A program made the position numbers and the translations under genes. A stretch of 64,000 nt of DNA. Origin: Cyanobacteria bacterium CYA. Its GTDB lineage: Bacteria; Planctomycetota; Phycisphaerae; Phycisphaerales; UBA1924. Under the pieces are notes generated by a model. That model saw nothing but the letters and a program-made list of their open reading frames with translations. It was not told where the DNA came from and did no database searches. The stretch lies in assembly GCA_008363215.1 (NCBI GenBank), contig RHKP01000007.1, positions 113,713 through 177,712 of the forward strand, given 5' to 3'. Below are positions 57,999 to 64,000 of this stretch, piece after piece; position 1 is the stretch's first letter; each line of letters starts with the position of its first letter.

Positions 57999-59370
57999 CC
58001 GGTTCCCCCTTGCGTCGGTTCGACGCCGTGCTCGGGGGGAACACGTGTGCATAGGCCATCGGTGTGACGCACAGGCGTGCGCCGGCCAGTCGTGCGCGTT
58101 CGTCTGGTTGGGCGTTCTGCAGGTGTCGACAGCGGGACCAGCGTTCGAGTTCGCGTGCCAGGAGGGGCCGGCGCAGCAGGTCGGCTGCGCGGTCCGCGTC
58201 GGCGAGCATCCATGCCTCGTGCCCTTCGCTTTCCAGCGCATCGGCGAGGCGCGCGTCGGCGGGATGACGCGGAAGGCGATAGCCCGTCATCCCGGCGCGC
58301 TCGAAGAGCGGGCAGATCGAGCCCATCGCGGCGACGGCCTCGGTGGCGGGCGTCTGCGGATCGCGCAGGTACTTGTCGACCAGTCGCCGCGCCACACCTC
58401 GGCCGCGATAGCGCGGATCGACGATCACGCGGGAGATGCAGCGGACTTCGGCGTTGAGCCGTGCGGAGGCGGCGCGGCGAGAGCAGGCGGAATAGCGCCC
58501 GGGCCAGGCCTGCGCTCGCCACACGCCGTTGAGCGTCGGCATGGAGATTACGAGCACGCCGGCGAGTTGGTCGTGCAACTCATCGACAGCGCGCAGGTAT
58601 CCGACGCGCGTGGCGGGCGGTCCGGCGAGGTAGTGGTGGTCGATCAGACGCTCCAGGTCGCGCTTCGAGCCGGGCTCGATGATGATCGGATCGGGCGCCG
58701 GCGAGGTCGGCCCGCACGGTCGCCACGAGCCGAGTGCATCGAACTGCAGATGCAGATCGGGCGCCAGGCGCCGCGCGAGATCATGGTGGGCCGTGGCGAC
58801 GACGACGCGCACGCGAGTCGCGCGGGCGGCGCGGGCGAAGGTGTGGGCGACGCCCTCGGCCGTCACACGGTCAAGCACCGAGCAGAACTCGTCGATGAGG
58901 AGCCAGTCGGCGCCGACGCGCTCGGCGCGCCAGAAACCTGCGGCCAGCAGAGCGCGGTGACGCTGACCTTCCGACAGTTCGCCCAGGCGGCGGGCCAGCA
59001 GGGCCGGTTCAGCCAGCCCGAAGCGGGCGAGGTGGGCCATCACGCGCTCAGGCGGCAGGTCGTGCCCGAGAATGTCGATAAGCAGGGGGTCGGTGCGCGG
59101 CGATTCGGAGTGCGAGACGATGACCACCCGCGAGCGACGGCGCAGATGTTCGGTCAGCGCGTGCAGCGTGCGCGACTTGCCGCACCCGCTCGGGCCGGTG
59201 AGCAGGGCGATCTGGCCGGCGAGCAGTGCAGTGCGCACGTGTGCGGCCGGTTCGCGCCAGTCGGCGAGCGGCGCCGCCCCGGCGCGCAGGTGCAGCCCGA
59301 AGGGCGCACAGGCTTCGATCTGTCGCGACGTCGGTCGATCGGTCGTGAAGATGACTTTGGGCGAAGACAT
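57985..59370 (-). CDS. ABC-type ATPase fused to a GNAT-like acetyltransferase domain (COG2401-like architecture)
   Basis: ATG at 59370. GPSGCGKSR (Walker A), LSEGQRHRALLA (signature-like) and WLLIDEF (Walker B). The C-terminal ISRVIVDPRYRGRGVARRLV resembles the GNAT acetyl-CoA motif A (Q/RxxGxG/A). Confidence 0.78.
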   Translation of the reverse strand: MSSPKVIFTTDRPTSRQIEACAPFGLHLRAGAAPLADWREPAAHVRTALLAGQIALLTGPSGCGKSRTLHALTEHLRRRSRVVIVSHSESPRTDPLLIDILGHDLPPERVMAHLARFGLAEPALLARRLGELSEGQRHRALLAAGFWRAERVGADWLLIDEFCSVLDRVTAEGVAHTFARAARATRVRVVVATAHHDLARRLAPDLHLQFDALGSWRPCGPTSPAPDPIIIEPGSKRDLERLIDHHYLAGPPATRVGYLRAVDELHDQLAGVLVISMPTLNGVWRAQAWPGRYSACSRRAASARLNAEVRCISRVIVDPRYRGRGVARRLVDKYLRDPQTPATEAVAAMGSICPLFERAGMTGYRLPRHPADARLADALESEGHEAWMLADADRAADLLRRPLLARELERWSRCRHLQNAQPDERARLAGARLCVTPMAYAHVFPPSTASNRRKGEPDEVR

Positions 59371-59491
59371 GGTGTGCTCGGCAGGCGAAAGGCGACAAGC
59401 AGAGAGTGACGAACGACAACCGGCGAACGGGCATGCGAACTGAACACGCCCGAACCGAGGGCGAGGGAGGAGAGAGGGAGGGGGGAATCGG

Positions 59492-60025
59492 TCAGGCGGT
59501 CCGGCGTTCGGGCCGGCGAGTCGCGGACGCTCGCTTCTCAGACTCATACAGCGCGTTGATTGCTTCGGCGTGACGTCGCACGGAGTAGAGGCTCATGCGC
59601 AGGTGGATCGAGGCGGCGCGCATGGAGAGCCCCTGCATGACCATCGCCGTGGCGACGCGACGACGTGAGGGCGACCAGGTTTCGAAGTTGCGCAGGACAA
59701 ATGAGAAGCGGTCGGAAAGCAAGCGCTCGGTGAGGCGTCGCAGTCGACGACTCAGGACGCGGGGGTCGGTCTTTGAAGCCTCGGCCAGGATCTTGATGGT
59801 GCGTCCTTCGCGGAAGTAGGACTCGACGAGCAGACGCTCGGCGGGGGGGAGGAAGCCGGCGCGGGCGACCACGCAGTCGGCCCGGTCGCGGCGGAAGCGT
59901 TTTCGCAGGTCCAAAGCCTGTTCGGGATCGGTCGGCCTCCACATCCCAGTCGAGTCTGTTCGGGTCAGATGCTGCACGGGACAGTCCTCCTTCGCGGTCT
60001 CACCCACGGATCTGTGGTTTTCCAC
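59492..60025 (-). CDS. DNA-binding protein with two sigma-70 region-4-like HTH units
   Basis: GTG at 60025 follows GGAAGGTGA. LPPAERLLVESYFREGRTIKILAEASKTDPRVLSRRLRRLTERL and SPSRRRVATAMVMQGLSMRAASIHLRMSLYSVRRHAEAI both fit region-4/LuxR-like HTHs. Confidence 0.65.
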   Translation of the reverse strand: MENHRSVGETAKEDCPVQHLTRTDSTGMWRPTDPEQALDLRKRFRRDRADCVVARAGFLPPAERLLVESYFREGRTIKILAEASKTDPRVLSRRLRRLTERLLSDRFSFVLRNFETWSPSRRRVATAMVMQGLSMRAASIHLRMSLYSVRRHAEAINALYESEKRASATRRPERRTA

Positions 60026-60049
60026 TCACCTTCCGCACGTCCTTGTGGA

Positions 60050-60065
60050 TTCGCTATTTAGCGAA
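60050..60065. promoter_or_regulatory. Candidate operator palindrome in the divergent control region
   Basis: TTCGCTA-TT-TAGCGAA is a perfect 7+7 inverted repeat 25 nt upstream of the 60025 start. A related half-site GGCGAAC is present near 60090. The 60026-60208 spacer is visibly AT-richer than its surroundings. Confidence 0.4.
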
Positions 60066-60208
60066 CTTACACGTAGGGTTCTACCAATCGGCGAACGGCA
60101 TTCAAGTACTTTCGGACCGAACTCCACGAACGCGCGCACAGCCGCATACGATTGGGTATTGTATGGCATATGATCGGTCGGAGCCACAGGCCGGACGGAG
60201 GTTCGATC

Positions 60209-61030
60209 ATGTCACGCGAGATTCGGCAATCCGATCCCTGGCCATTGGGGGCGCGGCTGCGTCAGGCCCGCGAGAACCGGGGGCTGAACCTGGAGGAACT
60301 GGGGCGAAGGGCGGGGTGCGCCAAGTCGTACCTGTCGGAGATCGAGACCGGTCGGCGCGGGCCACCCAGTGACGAGGTGCTGGATCGACTCGAGCGGGCG
60401 CTGGGCCTGGAGTCGGGCGATCTGGTGCGTCTTGCCGAGTGGGCGCGGACGCCTCGGGAGGTGCGGCGTGAGATGAGCGGGATGGCGTTGTCGTCGCAGG
60501 CGGCGCGGAAACTGGGTGAGATCCTGCGCGCGGGCGGGTCGCTCGACGATGCCTATCGATCCGGCGCGCTGCGCGGGCTGGTGAACGCGGTGTCGCCGAG
60601 CGAGGAGGGCGTGCTGGCGGCGCTCCCGATGGAGGTGCCGTTGATCAATCGCGTCAGCGCGGGGTATCCGGCTGATTTCACGGATCTGGGGTATCCGGCG
60701 CGCGTGGCCGACGAGTACGTGCGCTGCCCGGGGCTGAGCGATCCCGACGCGTTTGCGGCCAGGGTCATCGGCGACTCGATGATGCCCGAGTATCGGGAGG
60801 GGGACATCGTGGTGTTCAGCCCGGCGCGCGACGTGGAGAGTGGGGCCGACTGCTTTGTGCGTGTGGCGCCCGACCACGAGAGCACGTTCAAGCGGGTGTA
60901 TTTCGAAGGCGAGGAGGGTGCGGAGATGATCCGGTTGCAGCCGATCAACAACCGGTATGCGCCGCGCGTGCTGTCGCGCGAGGATGTGCTGGGGCTGTAC
61001 CGGGCGGTGAGCGTGACGAGAGTGATCTGA
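60209..61030 (+). CDS. CI/LexA-type repressor: XRE-family HTH plus S24 self-cleaving peptidase domain
   Basis: ATG at 60209 follows GGAGG. LGARLRQARENRGLNLEELGRRAGCAKSYLSEIETGRR is the HTH_XRE. VIGDSMMPEYREGDIVVF (Ser nucleophile) ... FKRV (Lys) is the S24 domain. Confidence 0.9.
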   Translation: MSREIRQSDPWPLGARLRQARENRGLNLEELGRRAGCAKSYLSEIETGRRGPPSDEVLDRLERALGLESGDLVRLAEWARTPREVRREMSGMALSSQAARKLGEILRAGGSLDDAYRSGALRGLVNAVSPSEEGVLAALPMEVPLINRVSAGYPADFTDLGYPARVADEYVRCPGLSDPDAFAARVIGDSMMPEYREGDIVVFSPARDVESGADCFVRVAPDHESTFKRVYFEGEEGAEMIRLQPINNRYAPRVLSREDVLGLYRAVSVTRVI

Positions 61031-61067
61031 AGCGGGTATTGGAGATTCGGCCATAAGCGTTGGGGGA

Positions 61068-61117
61068 GCGGGCATTCGGGTTCGTTCGGCTTCGTCTCTT
61101 CGGTTCGTCTGTTCCCC
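61068..61117 (+). repeat. Copy F of the dispersed TTCG-rich repeat family, in the metG 5' leader
   Basis: GCGGGCATTCGGGTTCGTTCGGCTTCGTCTCTTCGGTTCGTCTGTTCCCC ends 13 nt before the metG ATG. Confidence 0.75.
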
Positions 61118-61129
61118 TACACTCCGCCC

Positions 61130-62815
61130 ATGACTCCGTACTACGTCACGACGCCGATTTACTACGTCAATGATCGTCCGCACATCGGGCACTGTTATAC
61201 GACGCTGATCGCCGACGTGGCCGCCCGGATGCATCGGCTCATCGGGCGCAACGTGTTCTTCCTGACCGGGACGGACGAGCACGCGGAGAAGGTGGTGGTC
61301 AAGGCGGCCGAGAACGGGGTCAGTCCGCTCGAGTGGGCTGACCGCAACGCCGCGGAGTTCCGCAAGGCGTTCGCGTTCATGAACTTCTCGAACGACGACT
61401 TTGTGCGCACCACCGAGGAGCGGCACAAGAGCAAGGCCAGCGCGTACATTCAGAAACTCGTGGACTCGGGCGACATCGAACTGGGCGACTACGAGGGCTG
61501 GTGGGACGGCTCGCAGGAGGAGTATCTGACCGAGACGGTCGCCAAGGAGCACGATTACAAGAGCCCGGTCACCGGGCGGCCGTTGGAGAAGCGCAAGGAG
61601 CAGAACTATTTCTTCCGGCTGGACAAGTACGCGGGGTGGCTGGAGGAGCAGATCGCCGGCGGCACGATCCGCGTGCTGCCCGAGGCGCGGAAGAATGAGG
61701 TGCTGGGGCGGATCAGGCAGGGGTTGCAGAAGGTGCCGGTGTCGCGGCGGATCAAGGCGGGGGACGCGGACTGGGGCGTGCGGATGCCCAACGACCCCGA
61801 GCACCGCGTGTATGTGTGGATTGAGGCGCTGTGCAACTACCTGACGGTGGTGGACACGCCGGAGCGTCGCACGTGGTGGCCGAAGGCGGGGTCAACGGGC
61901 CCCGAGTGTGAGGCAGGGGTCGGCTGTGCGCCGGTCGTGCACCTGATGGCCAAGGACATCGTGTGGTTCCACGCGGTGATCTGGCCAGCGATGTTGAAGG
62001 CCCTGGGCGAGCGGGCGCCGAGGACGGTGTACGCGCACGCGTACTTCATCGCCGAAGGCCGGAAGATGAGCAAGAGTCTGGGCAACTTCATCGAGATCGA
62101 CCAGTTGCGGGCGTACGCGGGCAAGTACAGCCTCGACGCGCTGCGGTGGTTCCTGGTGACGCAGGGCCCCTTGGGGGCCAATGATGCGGACTTTGCGTAC
62201 CAGCGCTTCGTCGAGGTGTACAACGCGGACCTGGCCAACGGGATCGGCAACGCAACCAGCCGCGTGTCGAACATGATCGCCAAGTATTTTGAAGGGAAGG
62301 TGCCGGGCCGCGACGGCACAGTGCTAACCGGGAATGAGCACTGGATTGACCGCGCAGAGCAAGATGTCGGAGCGTTCCTGTGGATGGCAGAGCGATGCGA
62401 GTGGAATGCAGTGACGATCGGCTGCAACATCGTTGCACAGATCGACGAGTACATCTCCGGTACCCGGCCGTTTGAATTGGCCAAACACGCAGCGAAACTG
62501 GCTGCCGAAGGACACGCGGCACAAGCCGAAGCGCGATGGGCGGAGATTGGAACCATTCTTTACCAGTGCGCAGAGCAACTGCGCATCGCGTCGCTGCTGC
62601 TGTATCCGGCCATGCCCGAGAAGATGGCCGAACTGTGGCGACGGTGGAACTGCAGGCACCTGGTGGATCCGGGTGATTGCAACTCGGCGTTCGTCGCGCC
62701 GCTGGCCGAGTTGGCCAAGTGGGGCGGGAAGCACGGGCTCAAGCCGGGGCAGGAAGTAGTGAAGGGCGATGCGCTGTTCATGCGGGCAGATGCGGGCGAA
62801 GCGGCGCCGGGATGA
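61130..62815 (+). CDS. metG: Methionine--tRNA ligase
   Basis: YYVTTPIYYVNDRPHIGHCYTT (HIGH motif), FLTGTDEHAEK and GRKMSKSLGN (KMSKS motif). Confidence 0.97.
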   Translation: MTPYYVTTPIYYVNDRPHIGHCYTTLIADVAARMHRLIGRNVFFLTGTDEHAEKVVVKAAENGVSPLEWADRNAAEFRKAFAFMNFSNDDFVRTTEERHKSKASAYIQKLVDSGDIELGDYEGWWDGSQEEYLTETVAKEHDYKSPVTGRPLEKRKEQNYFFRLDKYAGWLEEQIAGGTIRVLPEARKNEVLGRIRQGLQKVPVSRRIKAGDADWGVRMPNDPEHRVYVWIEALCNYLTVVDTPERRTWWPKAGSTGPECEAGVGCAPVVHLMAKDIVWFHAVIWPAMLKALGERAPRTVYAHAYFIAEGRKMSKSLGNFIEIDQLRAYAGKYSLDALRWFLVTQGPLGANDADFAYQRFVEVYNADLANGIGNATSRVSNMIAKYFEGKVPGRDGTVLTGNEHWIDRAEQDVGAFLWMAERCEWNAVTIGCNIVAQIDEYISGTRPFELAKHAAKLAAEGHAAQAEARWAEIGTILYQCAEQLRIASLLLYPAMPEKMAELWRRWNCRHLVDPGDCNSAFVAPLAELAKWGGKHGLKPGQEVVKGDALFMRADAGEAAPG

Positions 62816-62842
62816 GGCCGGTTGTCTCGGCGCACGCGGCGG

Positions 62843-62904
62843 GAGGGACCGAGTCGCGTGTGCTCCCTCGCCGGCGCTTCGGGCTCGTTATGCTCCGGTC
62901 CCTC
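62843..62904 (+). repeat. Copy B of the dispersed TTCG-rich repeat family, enclosed by a 9-bp inverted repeat
   Basis: GAGGGACCG...CTCCCTCGCCGGCGCTTCGGGCTCGTTATGCTC-CGGTCCCTC. The outer stem GAGGGACCG/CGGTCCCTC brackets the conserved core. It lies just downstream of the metG stop. Confidence 0.75.
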
Positions 62905-63159
62905 TCATCCACCCCACCCCACAAGCGGTGTGGATTCCCCCGGAGCGTCGGAAAGCCGGGCCGGTCTTGACCTTGCCGCAACCACGGCTGTAATTGTCGC
63001 GAACCATCTGCACGAGCGGATGGCTCGGCTCGGCGGAGAAGCGAGCCGAACGCAAGGCGTGCGACACTGGTCGAAGGTTCGACCGGGGCGTCTGCATCCT
63101 GGCAGAGAGCAACCGAACACCCAATCCCGGCCCCCCGGAAGCATGGAAGAGGAATGGTC

Positions 63160-64000
63160 ATGAACCCACGTCGATCACTTGTCGTCAGCGCGTTGTGCCT
63201 TGGAACATTGGCAGGCACGGCGATGGGCCAGTGGGTCACCGCCGGCGCCAATATCTACTACAACGGGGGCAACGTGGGCATCGGGACGGCAGCGCCGGCC
63301 TGGCCTCTCGAAGTCCGTGCCCAGGTCGATCGCGGCGTCGCGGTCACCAACTCCAAGGTGACCGGAACGACCTACGGCATCTTCAGCGTGGCTCGCAGCC
63401 CCTCGGCGCGCGGCGTGTATGGGCTGGCCAACAACGTCGATGGAACCGGCTACGGCGTGCTGGGCGTCAGCAACGGGAGCACGGGGCACGGAGTGCGCGG
63501 CATCGCGCAGGCCAACATCACCAACAAGGCCAGTTACGGCGTGTCGGGCAAGTCCGAATCGGTCAAGGGCGCCGGTGTATTCGGCGAAGCGACGCGCGGC
63601 GTCGGTGTGCTCGGGCAGGCCAACTCGGTTGCCAACGGGCCGGCCAACGGCTCGACCGCCATCGCCGGCGTCCGCGGCGTGATCAGTTCCACCACGCCCG
63701 GCTCGTTCTCGGCCGGCGTCTGGGGCATCAACAACGGCACGAGCACCAAGGGCGTCGGCGTCGCCGGATATCACGCCGGCTCGGGCTACGCCGTGTACGG
63801 GCTTGTCAACGGAAACAGCGGGTACGCGGGCTATTTCGAGGGCGGACAGAACTTCTTTGAGGGCGACGTGGGCATCGGCACCGACCAGCCCAGCGCCAAA
63901 CTCGACGTGCAGGGCGACGTGCGCATTCGCACCGGGGACCGCTTCTACTTCGGCGACGACACCGAGAACGACGACCCGACCTACTTCGAGCGCGATTTCA
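63160..64000 (+). CDS. Secreted Gly-rich repeat protein (tail-fibre-like repeats), 3' end outside the window
   Basis: ATG at 63160 follows GGAAGAGGAA. The signal is MNPRRSLVVSALCLGTLAGTAMGQ. GNVGIGTAAPAWPLEV ... GDVGIGTDQPSAKLDVQGDV and many YGV.G/.GV.G repeats follow. The frame is open to the window end and is not in the ORF track because it has no stop. Confidence 0.75.
   Translation, partial: MNPRRSLVVSALCLGTLAGTAMGQWVTAGANIYYNGGNVGIGTAAPAWPLEVRAQVDRGVAVTNSKVTGTTYGIFSVARSPSARGVYGLANNVDGTGYGVLGVSNGSTGHGVRGIAQANITNKASYGVSGKSESVKGAGVFGEATRGVGVLGQANSVANGPANGSTAIAGVRGVISSTTPGSFSAGVWGINNGTSTKGVGVAGYHAGSGYAVYGLVNGNSGYAGYFEGGQNFFEGDVGIGTDQPSAKLDVQGDVRIRTGDRFYFGDDTENDDPTYFERDF

Larger units (their letters stand above)
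56108..61030. mobile_element. Phage-derived module (prophage remnant or satellite-like element) lacking structural genes and integrase
   Basis: A repressor is divergent from an operon of HTH protein, ABC/GNAT fusion, small protein and large terminase. No portal, capsid, tail, integrase or tRNA is present in the flanks inside this window. Confidence 0.45.

Noticed and set aside
60212-61804. 530-aa minus-strand ORF spanning the repressor gene, the spacer and the metG 5' end
   Set aside because: It crosses two well-supported + strand genes and an intergenic region. The composition is Arg/Pro/His-rich junk.

Overview
High-GC bacterial chromosomal segment. The gene content (prepilin-type methylation-domain proteins, a PEP-CTERM protein, a MauE-like protein, an L9 with a charged tail) suggests a Planctomycetota/Phycisphaerae-like organism, but that is inference only. 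About 55 CDS are credible. Many long ORFs in the track are antisense shadow ORFs typical of high-GC DNA and were discarded. Several starts were moved to internal ATG/GTG codons that have Shine-Dalgarno-like sequences. Housekeeping genes: dnaX-ybaB, rplI, groES/groEL, thiC behind a TPP riboswitch, ndh, citrate synthase, trpF, dut, metG, rmuC. Transport genes: a DevBCA-like ABC exporter, an mntH-USP fusion, an OPT transporter and hupE. No rRNA, tRNA or CRISPR array was recognised. Observations worth a second look: (1) dnaX carries an apparently complete -1 frameshift cassette (internal SD, A7 run, hairpin), but with reversed logic: the 0 frame stops (gamma) and the -1 frame encodes the tau C-terminus. 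(2) A roughly 250-bp array of about 12 degenerate 21-bp units, each a GGAA-N5-6-TTCC palindrome, lies between convergent genes. (3) A three-gene block is bracketed by exact 21-bp direct repeats and encodes a MauE-prepilin fusion next to a possible Cys-rich secreted protein. (4) A translationally coupled operon encodes a C39-like peptidase, a RimK-like ATP-grasp, a GCS2 ligase and an N-formylglutamate amidohydrolase. (5) A phage-like module has a CI/LexA-type repressor divergent from an operon of an HTH protein, an ABC-ATPase/GNAT fusion and a large terminase, with no structural genes or integrase. (6) A dispersed TTCG-rich repeat family has copies inside coding extensions (thiC and the small gene upstream of the terminase). 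Several gene remnants or frameshifts are also present. All family calls rest on motif recognition by eye; no searches were run.
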